From Eledone cirrhosa (Eukaryota): a DNA stretch of 64,000 nucleotides. The notes beneath the pieces are model-generated. The model saw nothing but the letters and a program-made list of their open reading frames with translations. It ran no database searches and was not told the DNA's origin. Below, piece by piece: positions 27,332 through 38,564 of this stretch (its first letter is position 1; every line of letters begins with the position of its first letter). Position numbers and translations under genes: made by a program. The DNA lies in contig OZ024743.1 of assembly GCA_964016885.1 (NCBI GenBank), positions 100,626,001-100,690,000 of the forward strand, in the 5' to 3' direction.

Positions 27332-29557
27332 ATCATCATCATCATCATCATCATCAACGTTTAACGTCCGTGTTCCACGCTTGCATGGGTTTGGACGGGG
27401 GTATTCCCACTTGAGGCAAGAGTGATTGTCTTGCTCGCATAGGACTGTCTGGCAGGTTTTTACCGTGTTGCCTACACGGCCACATTACAGTGTGGACTGT
27501 GTGTTTTTTTTGTCGTGACACCTACACGATCTCATTTGTTTCGGCCTGATCCCTCTTATTTCTAATTTTTCCCTTAGTTCGTTTATGCTTTGCCGTTCAC
27601 GTATATTACTATTACACATCCAGCGGAGCATGCAAGCTTTGTTCCTCTCTAGTCTGTGTATATCCTCTGCACACAATGCCCAGGTCTCACTGCCATGCAA
27701 CATTGCTTTCGTATGCAGGCATCATACAGCCTGCCTTTCATTTTTAGGGAGAACCCTTTAGCGGCTAATAGTGGTATAAGCTCTCTGAACTTTTTCCATC
27801 CAGTTCTGACTCTAGCTACTGTACTTTCAGAGCACCCTCCCCCACTGCTGATTTTGTCACCCAGGTAACGGAAGCTGTCCACTATTTCTATAGAACCCTC
27901 TGCGCAATTGAAAGAGCTAGTATTTTGTGGGCACTTGCTGCTACTTATTGCACCAGAGCACCGGCCACATGTAAAATCTATGTTCTTAGTTAGCTTACCT
28001 GTGATCCCACTACATCTTTTATGCACCCATACTTTGCATTTGGGACATAAAATGGAGTTTCTACCTACGCCCTTCCTACACACTGAGCATGGCCATTTCC
28101 CAGAAGGGACCGCCGCCTTATTTTCTTTCCTACAAACTAGAACTTTAGTCTTAGCCAGGTTAATTTTAAGTCCTTTTGATTCTAGGCCGTGCTTCCATGT
28201 TTGGAATTTCTTCTCTAGCTCGGCCATAGATTCAGCTATGAGTGTCAGGTCGTCTGTGTATAGGAGTTCCCATGGGCAGCCGGTCTTGAACTCCTCTGTT
28301 ATAGCCTGAAGGGCAATAATAAATAGTAGGGGGCTGAGAACAGAGCCCTGATGGACGCCAACTTTTACGCTAAACTCTTCACTATATTCGTTGTTAATTC
28401 TAACCTTGCTGACTGTTTCTTTATACATGGCTTGTATAGCTCTCACAAGCCATTCGTCAACGCCTAGTTTTCTAAGAGCCCACCAGATAATGGAGTGGGG
28501 GACTCTGTCGAAGGCTTTCTCCAAGTCGACAAAAGCTAAGTAGAGGGGTTTACCTTTAGCTAGGTACTTCTCCTGTAGTTGTCGTACAATGAAAAGAGCG
28601 TCTGTGGTACTTTTGCCTGACACAAACCCGAACTGCATTTCATCTAGGTCAATTCTCTCTCTGATTAGTTGCGCTATTACTTTTTCCGTGACCTTCATGA
28701 CCTTGTCGATTAATTTAATGCCTCTATAGTTACTCCTATCTAGGGCATCTCCTTTACCCTTATAACAGTTAACGATGATGCTGCTATGCCAGTCCTTCGG
28801 AACAACCCCATTCTGTACGACTTGGTTAACTATGCGGGTGACCATGGTTTGTCCCACCGTGCCAGATGCCTTCAGCATCTCAGCAACTATTTCCGAAGGC
28901 CCAGCCGCCTTACCCGTCTTCATATCCTTGATTGCATTACTTATTATACTCCCCTCGACTAACACTGCTGGTCCCTCTATTGGGTCGATGTGGGGGAGAC
29001 TGTCTTTCTCCCATTTATTCTCCTCATTTAGTAGCCTTTCATAGTGACACTTCCAAGCTACCTTCTTATCAGCGTCGGTGATGGCAAGTACGCCGTTATC
29101 ATCAAGTACACACTTCTCCCCGACAATATCACGGTTTTCCTTGACGCATTGCCTCGCAATCCTGAACACCTCACGTTTTTGGTCCTCGCGTTGTAGAACA
29201 TGCTTGAACTTTCTTTCCTCTGCTTCCCTTCTTGCGAAGTACACTTGTCTCCTAGCTTCCCTCCTGGCCACTTGATAGTCTTCTCTACTTCCCCCATCCT
29301 GCCATACTTTCCAAGCCTGCTTTTTGGCCTTAATTGACCCCTCCACCTTACTGTTCCATCACCATGTTACTCTCCTCCTGCCTACAGGCCTGCTCCAGCC
29401 ACAGACTTCGTCTGTCGCCATCAGCAGGTTTGCTTTCAGAAATTCCCACTGTCCCTCTATATTGTCCGACTCTAAATGCTCTTCCTTACTGTCGAAAGCA
29501 TCAAGTAATATGCTTTGAAATTTATTTCTGGCTGTGGGGTCCTTTAGCTTCCATATA
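27332..29557 (-). mobile_element. 5'-truncated RTE-clade LINE with (GAT)n tail
   Basis: RT ORF, (ATC)n tail at 27332-27356 on +, no endonuclease domain, in-frame TGA near 29358, and an internal deletion near 27545 joining the ORF end to the 3' UTR. Confidence 0.9.
27649..29346 (-). pseudogene. LINE reverse transcriptase with PHD-like Cys/His finger (partial ORF2)
   Basis: Motifs KGKGD..NYRGIKL, QFGF, AFVDLEKAFDRV, GVHQGSVLSPLLF, LLYTDDL (YxDD), FRYLG; CSVC..CPKC..HKRC..CGRC finger. Confidence 0.9.
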
Positions 29558-29705
29558 AATATTATTCCACTATAAATATTTCAATTAACAGAATTTTTTT
29601 TAGACATTTTCTGCTAAATCATTACAGGATATTAAGAGTTCATCTATAAAGTGCCTCAAAAGGACTTAATTCAGCCCTGGAAACAGATAATCTCCTTGTC
29701 TAAGA

Positions 29706-29860
29706 TAGTGAATTGACAGTTGTTGGGGCTTCAGATTAAATGCCTCAGTTTTGTTCTGGCTAAGTGCACTATGAATTCAAATCTCACCAAGATCAATTTT
29801 GTCTTTCATCCTTTTGAGATTGATAAATAAAATACCAGTCCAGTATTGAAGTTAATTGCT
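29706..29860 (+). mobile_element. tRNA-derived SINE copy
   Basis: B-box-like TTCAAATC, then TCAATTTTGTCTTTCATCCTTTTGAGATTGATAAATAAAATACCAG; same family as 33262-35275. Confidence 0.65.
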
Positions 29861-30143
29861 CCTCTATCTCTCTTTATCACTTTCTCGCGTTCTCTCTTTT
29901 CTGAAAGAAATTGATAGTGTCCAGACCTGCAGAGGAATGGACACTACCAAGTTTAAAATGCCTAAGTCACACTATGATAGGAGGCTGCCTTTGTGACTCC
30001 ATCATTAATTAAGGGTCTGTTTCTTTTAAGGAGAATAACATTGTGGTCAGCTTGGGGGTCAGTTTTATCTGTTGTATATAAAACATTGTAAGAAGGTCTA
30101 ATGTTTAAATATAATTATATTTATGTGTTAATCTCTTTAACAG

Positions 30144-30246
30144 TTAAAGCAGGAGGCATGAGAATTGTCCAACATAAACGACCAACAGATTCTAAGGTAT
30201 CGGATGCTCAACTCACTCCTGAAGAGCTGGAACAGTATGGTGTCAG
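30144..30246 (+). CDS. DAP: Death-associated protein 1, internal coding exon (likely exon 2)
   Basis: ttaacag acceptor and AG|GTAAGG donor. Phase-1 translation (V)KAGGMRIVQHKRPTDSKVSDAQLTPEELEQYGV(S) matches the DAP1 hallmark AVKAGGMRIVQK. Confidence 0.93.
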
Positions 30247-30806
30247 GTAAGGCTATTATTATTATTTGGTTGCTAAAGATTGGTGGATTGGTAGAATCAG
30301 TAGAGTGTCAGACAAAATGCTGTGTGGTATATTTAGTTAAGACTTTCTGCATTCTGAGTTCAAATTTTGTTAGGATTGAATTTACCTTTTTTGAAGGCAT
30401 GTGCTAGTCACAGTGTAAGTTTAACCCTTTTGAGATTACATCATCTGAAACTTCCTTACATTTAAGATACAAAACTATCATAATTTTATTTTAGACATTT
30501 TTGTTATGTAATCTTTTAAATATCTGCTTAGTAATGAAAAAACAGTTATTTCATTAACATCATGTAATGATTTAGCAGAAAATGTTTAAGTACGGGGTTA
30601 GTGCAAATGTTTATAGTATTTTTCCTGGTGGATACTGTTGTGAACATTTTCAGTATTAGAGAAAAGACTTTAATTTTTAATGTGATGCAGCCTTAGTGTA
30701 GTTACGCACGTTTCAAGAATGTCTTGCTAATATGATTTCATGTGGTACAAGTCATTTAAAGGTATATATATAGATATATATTTACATTTTTACTTTTGTT
30801 TTCCAG

Positions 30807-30861
30807 TCCAAAATCTGACAAGAAGAACCAAACATTGATTGTATCAGGTGCTGTGATAAAG
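30807..30861 (+). CDS. DAP: Death-associated protein 1, internal coding exon (likely exon 3)
   Basis: ttttccag acceptor and AAG|GTATTG donor. Encodes (S)PKSDKKNQTLIVSGAVIK, in phase with both neighbours; compare DAP1 ..ISGVIA. Confidence 0.9.
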
Positions 30862-31024
30862 GTATTGCTTTTATTTAGTTATCTATTTTTTTAATTTTTC
30901 ATTGATGTTTTTGTTTTGTTATTTCTTCTGAACACATCTCCCGTACGAATACAGTATATACAACAGTCACCCCCTACTCCTCATTATTTGCTCCCAAATT
31001 TGGATTTTAATGCGTATTTTAATT

Positions 31025-31275
31025 ATACGCTGTAAAGTGGTTGGTGATAGGGGGGTATCCAGCCACAGAAAACTTGCCAAACAAAGAGTTGGGAGGACCC
31101 TTATTTGTGTCAAAGATATGACAGCCTCTCCTGTTTACTTGGTAGAACATGAGATCATACATAAGTGAGGTGCAGATCTGTGGCCTGTCTGGGAGATCAG
31201 TAACCCCACTTCAGTTTTGACTTGGTCTATGAAGTCCTGTCCAACCCTTGCTAGTAAGGAAAGATGTTAAAACAA
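31025..31275 (+). mobile_element. SINE/RTE-tail element in a DAP intron
   Basis: TAAAGTGGTTGG..ATCCAGCCACAGAAAAC is the reverse complement of the 24161-24201 motif; ends GATGTTAAAACAATGATGATGA. Confidence 0.7.
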
Positions 31276-31669
31276 TGATGATGAGAAATATTGGAATTAT
31301 TACTGTAATTTATTGTTTTATTTTCATTTAAACTCTATGGGTCCTCTACTTATATGGTACTTTGGATTGTAGTGTTAGACTATTGGGTCTTCTACTTATG
31401 TATACAGAACTTTGGATTGTGTGAATTTCAGCCCCTTTAAAGTAAAATCCATATAATAATTGGCCCTATAAATTTAATCTCAAAACGTAGTCTAAATTCA
31501 ACTTGAGTATATTTAATAAATATATACAGTAAAACCTCCAGTTTACATTAATCCTTTTATGGTCATATTTCTTGTTCTAATGTGCTTCACTTAATTTTTA
31601 ATGTAATTAAGTTTTTTTGTTGTTTTTTTTTTGTTAAAATATCTGATTTTTATATATTGGCTTTTGTTA

Positions 31670-32557
31670 CAACCTGCACCCTCACTCCCAGATCAGCTCA
31701 TATAATCCTCAGCAAGACAACTGAATATGACGTGGCCTCAGAGCTCAAACAGGCTCTGACTGACTGGACAGGCGAATGCCTCTCTCTTCCCCAGCATTAC
31801 AAATGTCCAACATAACTGAGATGACATCAAATGCAGGTCTTCCTTCAGGGACTCTGGCTTGGACTAACACCACCTTGCCTGCCTCTATTCCGCTTCACAG
31901 CCAAACAGCAGCATGTGGCTCAATTCGGTGCCCTCCTCATCAACCAGTACCCTTCTTGATGAGTGCACTTGCATCGGAGGGGCCCAAAGCCTCAGCCTCC
32001 GCGTGTGTGAGCCACATAAATACCGTTACTGGGCAGTTGTTGACAACTTCGGCCTGTACTCACTGGCTTGCCGCTATAGTGCAGGCCAGTTCCCCCAACA
32101 TGCCACTCAATGAGAGCCTGGACACAGCTGACTTCCCATAACCACTGGCATCAGCAGGCCCTCACAGAATTCCCATGGGATGACACATGTGACACATTCT
32201 CCGCCTCCAACTTGGTCACTTGAGCCACAAACCTCGGTACTGCAGCCACAATGCAGCGGAAAGGAAGACAAACAAATTCCAGGGATTGTCTGGCCGCTTC
32301 CTCTCTGCACTGGTCGCTGTTGACACCTCAGGCATACTGGGACCCCATACTATCGAGCTCCTCCGCAAGATAGGAACATCAGCAGCCCGCCTGAGGAAGG
32401 ATCCCTGCAAGGTGGGGTGGTTGTTGCCAACACCACCTTGCCCCAGGCCTAGAGCCTCCCCTTCCACCTCTCTTTCTCCTGTGACCCCAGAGTCCTTGCC
32501 CTTTCTTTCATTTTCCATTTTTAAATATCTGCATTGTTATTTAAAATAGATTTGTAT
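31670..32557 (+). pseudogene. 3' fragment of a CRE-clade (restriction-like endonuclease) non-LTR retrotransposon
   Basis: Degenerate WLNSVPSS..VDNFGLYSLACRYSAGQFPQH (CCHC knuckle region), then WDDTC.DT, AAERKTNKF..VAVDTSGILGP..LLRKIG (RLE domain), followed by a 3' UTR. Confidence 0.75.
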
Positions 32558-32913
32558 ATATAATATATATTATCATAATTGTAATTAGCTGAAAGTTAAA
32601 GATGTCATGATTCCTTTCTAGAATGTTTATCGATTTACATTTAATCAATATTTGCTCAATAAAACTTTTCATCTTCAAATCGTATTTGGATTAGAAATAT
32701 ATATATTTTAATATATAAATATATTATGCAAATAATGTTTGGTGATGTATTGATCTTTTTAAATAAATATAAATAGTTTAAACTAAACAGCTTGTATTGT
32801 AGAACCAGGGGTAGTTTAGTATCAAATGAATTAGCTTACATAGTTTTGTGATTTTTTTTCTTTGTTTTTAAATCTGAATTTTTAAAGAAAAATGTTATTC
32901 TATCATTGTTTAG

Positions 32914-33024
32914 GGTGATCGTGATTTTCCTGAAGTGAACAAGACGTTCCATGATAAGCCACTACCTATACACGAGAAACGTCCTATGCAACAACAGTAT
33001 CCAATTCAACAGCCAAGAAAGTAG
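32914..33024 (+). CDS. DAP: Death-associated protein 1, last coding exon
   Basis: tttag acceptor. Encodes GDRDFPEVNKTFHDKPLPIHEKRPMQQQYPIQQPRK*, with the DAP family GD(K/R)DFP, HxKP and C-terminal IQQPRK motifs. Confidence 0.95.
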   Translation, partial: GDRDFPEVNKTFHDKPLPIHEKRPMQQQYPIQQPRK

Positions 33025-33261
33025 AGGACTGTAAAGAGACTTGTGATGAGAAGAATCAGTCTTCAGTACTTCCTCTGTGTGCCTCCATCCACTACAAATC
33101 ATTGATATAACATCCCCTACCCCACCAAATACATATCTTCAGTTTATTTTTATTATACTATTCTTTTTTCTTCCCTTTCTTACAGTTGACTATAATTACT
33201 TTGTGGCCTTGTGTCTGAATTAATAATTATTACCTTGATTATTGACTTAGATACAACCACT

Positions 33262-35275
33262 GGGCTGGCAGAATTATTAGAGATTTGATAAGATGCTTTG
33301 CAATATATAGTTACGGCCCTTTACATTCTAAGTTCAAATCCTGTTAAGATTAACCTTGCCTTTCATACTTCCAGAGTCAATAAAATAAAGTACCAGTAAA
33401 ATATTGGGCTCAATTTAACCGACTTTTCTTTTCTCCTAAATTTCTAGCCTTGTGCCAAATATAGAAACATTATTATTGGCAAAATTGTTAGAACACCAGA
33501 CAAAATGCCTTGTGGCAGTTAGTCATAACTCTTTACTTTCTGAGGTCAACTCTTGGTTTCAGTCTTCCGGTGGTCAATAAAACAAAATGCTAGTCAATTA
33601 CAGGGGGTCACTGTTATTAACTGAATTCTTCCCCAAAATTTTTGGCCTTGTGCCTATGTAAGAATTCATTATTATTATTACGATTATTACTTTTTTACAT
33701 TCTGAATTAAAATCCTACCAAGCATAACTTATATTTTTATTTTTCTGGAGTTGAGAAAATAAGTACCAGTCATATACTGGGTCTACAGTAATTGACTACA
33801 CCCTTTTCCAAATGTGCCAAAGCTAGAAATAATTATCAGCATTCTCAAGAGACTTGCCAGAACCTGTAGAAAGATTTAGTTATGTCCATTTACAGTTTGG
33901 GGTCCAAAAATTAAGCACTAAGAGTCTATTGAATGAATTAATCTTTTTCACAAATTCTGTGGCTGAGGTCAAAACATTATTAGTGAGATCAGTGTATTGG
34001 CAGAATCATTAAAGTGTTTGACAAAATGTTTTGAAGCATTTAGTTACAGCCCTTTACATTCAGAGTTCAAATCCTACCAAGGTGAGGTGTAGATCTCTGG
34101 CCTGTCTGGGAGATCAGTGGCCCTGCTTCAGTACTTGACTTGGTCTATGTAATCCCAACCAACACTTGCTAGTAAGGAAAGCCTTTCATACTTCCATGGT
34201 TGATGAAATAAAGTACCAGTCAACTACTGGGTTCAATCTGACTTTCATATCTCCTCAAATTATTTGTCTTGTGCCTAAATTAGAAACCATTCTTCCTCTT
34301 CTACTATTATCATTATTATTGGTGGGTTGACAGTCGTTAGAGCACCAGACAAAATTTCTTTGTAATATTTATTCTGGCTCTATGTTCTGGTGTTAAATCC
34401 TGCTGAGGTCAACTTTGCCTTTCATCCTTCCGGGGTGGATAAAATAAAGTACCAGTAATACACTGGGGTCAATGTAATTGATTTTCCTCACCTCCCAAAT
34501 TTAATGGCCTTGTGCTTAAATTAGAAACATTACATTATTATTGTTTTCAGTTATATTTTGGGAAGAAATGAATAAAAAAAAATTTAAAATTCACTTTTAA
34601 ATATTCTTTGTGTAGTGAAGTTTTTCTTTTGTTTGTTTCTTCTTTCACCTCTCCTCACTTTTTTATATACTTTTATTTTCTTTTTGCTTCAATAATACAA
34701 TTAATTGTGGATTACCAGAATTGGAGGAGCATTGGATAAAATACCATTGCTGTATTTGTTCTGGCTCCTGAGTTCCAAACCTATTTTCATATTTTTATCC
34801 AGATTGTACGGGAGACAACTCCCAAATATAGTGTGGTCTTGCTTGAAAATTATTGTAATATTTATTGTTCATTAACAATCAATAGAGAGTTAGACAAAAT
34901 GCTTTGCTGCATTTAGTCACGTCATTCAACATATTGAGTCCAAATCCCGCCGAGGTCAACTTTGCTTTTTATCCTTACAGGGTCAATAAAATAAAGTATA
35001 GGGGTCGATATAATCGATTTCCCCTGTTCCCCTAGAATTGCTGGCTTTGTGGCAGTGTTAGAAGTATTGGTCGTTAACAAGGTCTTGGATTGTCAGAATT
35101 GAAAGAGTGTCAGATAAAATAACATTGCAATATTTGTTCCGAATCTTTACATTGAGTTCGAATCCAGCAACAGTCAACTTTGTCTTTCATCGTTCTAGGC
35201 TTGACGTGAAGTACTAGGTTGATTTAATAAATTTTGCCCTTTAGATTTGCTGTCCTTGTGCCTAAGTTAGAAATC
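33262..35275 (+). mobile_element. Cluster of ~8 co-oriented tRNA-derived SINE copies
   Basis: Recurrent GGCAGAAT..TTAGA..GACAAAATGC..GAGTTCAAATCC..GTCAACTTTGCCTTTCATCC..GATAAAATAAAGTACCAG..GGCCTTGTGCC..TAGAAAC units, separated by (ATT)n. Confidence 0.85.
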
Positions 35276-35525
35276 AATATTATAACTAAGTTCTAAATTT
35301 GAAGCTACTTTTTAAAGTCATTCAGCAGACAAGCTTAGGAATGGTATGGCTATGTGGTTAAGGAGTTTTCCTCACAACAATATGGCTTCAGGTTCAGTCG
35401 TGCTGAGTAGTACCTTAGACAAGTGTCTTCTAAAACCTTGAGTTGATCAATGTCTTGACAGAAAATTTGTGGAAGCCCATTATATATACACACATATGTA
35501 TGTATATTATAATAATAATAATAAT

Positions 35526-35928
35526 GCTTTCTTTATTAACCACACGGGTTTACACAAAGTAGACATTAAGGACATTACAGGATGGTACAAATGGGCTTTT
35601 CTGCGTGTTAAAAAACAAAAAAACAGGATGTAACAAAAAAAGAACAATGAAAAAATTCCCCAATAGGGGGGAGACTTCCGAGGGCCATCGTGGAGAAAGC
35701 CCATTAAAAAAAAAAAAGCCACGGTGACCCTGACCACCAGGGCAAGTGCCCTCTCCCAGTTTTCCACCTTCAATTTACAGGCATATACTCAGAGTAGGTC
35801 CATTCACTCGGGCCATTCTTGCCTCTCTCACCCATCTTTCAACAAAATGCTGGGAAGAGAGCACCTCCCTCTCTACCCTGATTTTCCTTTTCAAATGAAA
35901 TTTGAAAAAGTTAATCAGGGCATCACTA
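35526..35928 (-). mobile_element. Tx1/L1-like LINE 3' end inserted in (AAT)n
   Basis: Minus strand encodes ..LINFFKFHLKRKIRVEREVLSSQHFVERWVREARMARVNGPTLSICL*, then a UTR with AATAAA; (AAT)n on both flanks. Confidence 0.6.
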
Positions 35929-35936
35929 TAATAATA

Positions 35937-36052
35937 ATAATAATGAGCAGGAATGAAGTATCAATATAACATGTTTATTCATGCAAAAAACATCACGTGT
36001 GAATAAATGTAATGATGATATAATGATACTTCGTTCCTGCTAATTATTATTA
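35937..36052. repeat. Degenerate fold-back palindrome
   Basis: AGCAGGAATGAAGTATCA..TTTATTCA versus TGAATAAA..TGATACTTCGTTCCTGCT. Confidence 0.65.
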
Positions 36053-37028
36053 ACACACTGTTTCTAAGGATACTGACTCTGGTGAAATACCAAACAGAAT
36101 CGCACATTGGTTGTTGGACCCAAATATTAGCATTGAATGCTCAAACTGGTGAACTATTAGTAACTAAACTTTACACACCAATACACTAAATATATAGATG
36201 TGTGTACTTACGTTTACTGTTAATAACCCATTACATAACAGTTTGATAAAATACCAGACAGGAAATAAGTACTGTGGTCAATATAATCAACTAAATTCCT
36301 TCAATGTGGTGCCCCAGCATCACTTTGGACTGAAACCAGCAAAAGAAGTAGCTATAATGATTAAAGATAAATAAGGGAAAAATAGAAATTTAAAAAAATG
36401 AGCCTCAAACGTTATTTGAGGACAAAGACCAAAATAGTGATAGGAGAAATAGTACAGGGTTGGAACTAAATTCTTTGAGGTATTCAGTTATGTCCCTTTA
36501 TATATGTGAAGGCACATGGCCTAGTGGTTAATGTGTTGGACTCATGATCATAAGGTTGGTTTGATTTCTAGCCTGGACTGACTGTTGTTTTCTTGAGCTA
36601 AATACTTTATTTCACATTACTCCTCCTGCCAAGAGGTTGCAGTATTATCAGCAATGGTAACAGTTTCCTTGGTCTGATGTGGCTATCAGCTTCTTTCTTT
36701 TATATGTGTTAAAAGATGTAATCCACTTGTGGCAATTTTGCCCATTTTAAACCTTTGATTGTTGACAAAAGTAGAATTAATGATTGCTAAGAGGAGGGCA
36801 AGGTCAATAAGTGATTAGGTGCTTCTATAAATTTGCATCCATGAACTGATGTAAGAAAGCATTGCTATGCACTATGTATGTGTGTATATATATATATATA
36901 TATATTGTTATACTTTGGGAGGGTCATGTTGCCAATAAGAAACACCCGCACCAGTTGCTTTCACTCCAATTTATTATAAATTTCCGGTTGGTTGGTTGGT
37001 TCTACAACCGGACGGTTGTTCATATATT

Positions 37029-37071
37029 GTCAAAGTTCTTTCGTCACACATTCTGTGACCTCTTCAGTGAC
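37029..37071 (-). ncRNA. Minimal type I hammerhead ribozyme motif (inverted twin)
   Basis: Exact reverse complement of 37172-37214. Confidence 0.65.
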
Positions 37072-37171
37072 TGAGGATTCTTTTCTTTGTTTTGTGACAC
37101 AACACACACAAAAACAAGATGGCGTAGGACAGAACAAAAGGAGAGGTACAAAACAAAGAAAAGAATCCCCA

Positions 37172-37214
37172 GTCACTGAAGAGGTCACAGAATGTGTGAC
37201 GAAAGAACTTTGAC
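37172..37214 (+). ncRNA. Minimal type I hammerhead ribozyme motif
   Basis: GTCA (stem I) - CTGAAGA - G - GTCACA gaatg TGTGAC (stem II) - GAAA G aa C T|T (short stem III, CUU site) - TGAC (stem I'). Confidence 0.65.
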
Positions 37215-37794
37215 AATATATGAACAACCGTCCGGTTGTAGAACCAACCAACCAACCGGAAATTTATAATAAATTGGAGTGAAAGCAACTGGTGCATGTG
37301 TTTCTTATTGGCAACATGACCCTCCCAAAGTATAACAATATCGGTTTCAACACACGTTTTCAGATAAAGAATCTTGCTAAACAAATTCAGAAACGAAATA
37401 TATATATATGATGTTAATTCTTCTCATATGTCTCTACAAAGGTAAATGGAAAAAATATAAAGGAAAACAAAACTGGTGAAAACCCTTGCTCGAGCTCCAT
37501 TATATATTGATGTATTTGTATATAATTGATCATTCTCAAAGAATTAAGTATTAAAGTTTTATGGATTATATCTGTGATGAGAGGATTCAACTTATCTTGC
37601 TGGTCATGGGACTAAAGCTAGGAAATTTAATACTTTAACTCTATTTTTACCCTTGTGATACACATACACGTCTATACTCAACCTATTGAGTACCTATTAC
37701 TTTGTTCATAAGAAAAACTCGCAAGCATATGGTTAAACAACATAATACCTTTTATATTGCATCTTTTTTCCCCCGTCAAATCAAAGTTTATTAT

Positions 37795-37895
37795 TCCGCC
37801 GAGGTTGACTTTGCCTTTCATCCTTACGGGGTCGATAAAATAAAGTACCAGTAATGCACTGAGTAATTGCTGGCCTTGTGCCTAAAGTAGAAACA
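37795..37895 (+). mobile_element. tRNA-derived SINE, 3' half
   Basis: CCGCCGAGGTTGACTTTGCCTTTCATCCTTACGGGGTCGATAAAATAAAGTACCAG; nearly identical to 38440-38542. Confidence 0.8.
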
Positions 37896-38354
37896 ATTAT
37901 TACACTATTTGAATTCTTTGCATAACTATTTCACCACATAGACCATCCCTAGTTTTCTCAGATGCTATCTTTTTACACACTTTTGTATAAACAACTTTTC
38001 TTTCAAATATGTTATTGAAAACTTGGCTCTTGCATTTGATCTTTCTAATTAAAGATTTTTCACATTTCCTTATTAGTTCATATTTGGTTTGGAACAATAG
38101 AGTTCCTACACACACATACATACACACACATATATATATATACACAGATATAGATGTTGTCCAGGAGTCGAGAGTTTTACTTTTATCTCTACCAAAATAC
38201 ACCCACTGTACCTGCTATTAACTAAGATGTGTGCACTCTGAATAGCTAGCTGCAGTTGCATTCAGGCAGATTCATTAAGTGAATTAGACGTTGGTCAAAT
38301 ACTGTTGAAATAGTATCAACGATCTTCATTAATAATTATATATATATATATAAA

Positions 38355-38542
38355 GGGTAGTGGATTGGCAGTATCGGTAGAGGGTCGGACGTCATGCTTC
38401 GACGCATAGAGTTACGGCCTTGCCATTCTGAGTTCAAATCCCGCCGAGGTTAACTTTGCCTTTCATCCTTACGGGGTCGATCAAAATAAAGTACCAGTAA
38501 TGCACTGGGTAATTGCTAGCATTGTGACAAAAGTAGAAACAA
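38355..38542 (+). mobile_element. tRNA-derived SINE, near full length and CpG-retaining (young)
   Basis: TGGCAGTATCGGTAGAG A-box-like, GAGTTCAAATCC B-box-like, family core and tail. Confidence 0.8.
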
Positions 38543-38564
38543 TTAATAATTATATATATATATA

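Larger units (their letters stand above)
36902..37341. mobile_element. Near-perfect 194-bp inverted repeat (52-bp spacer), Penelope-type pLTR fold-back
   Basis: Arms 36902-37095 and 37148-37341, with 3 mismatches seen. Each arm carries a hammerhead motif; (TA)n nearby on both sides. Confidence 0.85.

Noticed and set aside
30165-30407. 80-aa ORF from the track
   Set aside because: Wrong frame across the DAP1 exon, running into intron and SINE sequence.
38355-38445. tRNA gene
   Set aside because: A/B-box-like head continues into a SINE body and no cloverleaf is evident.
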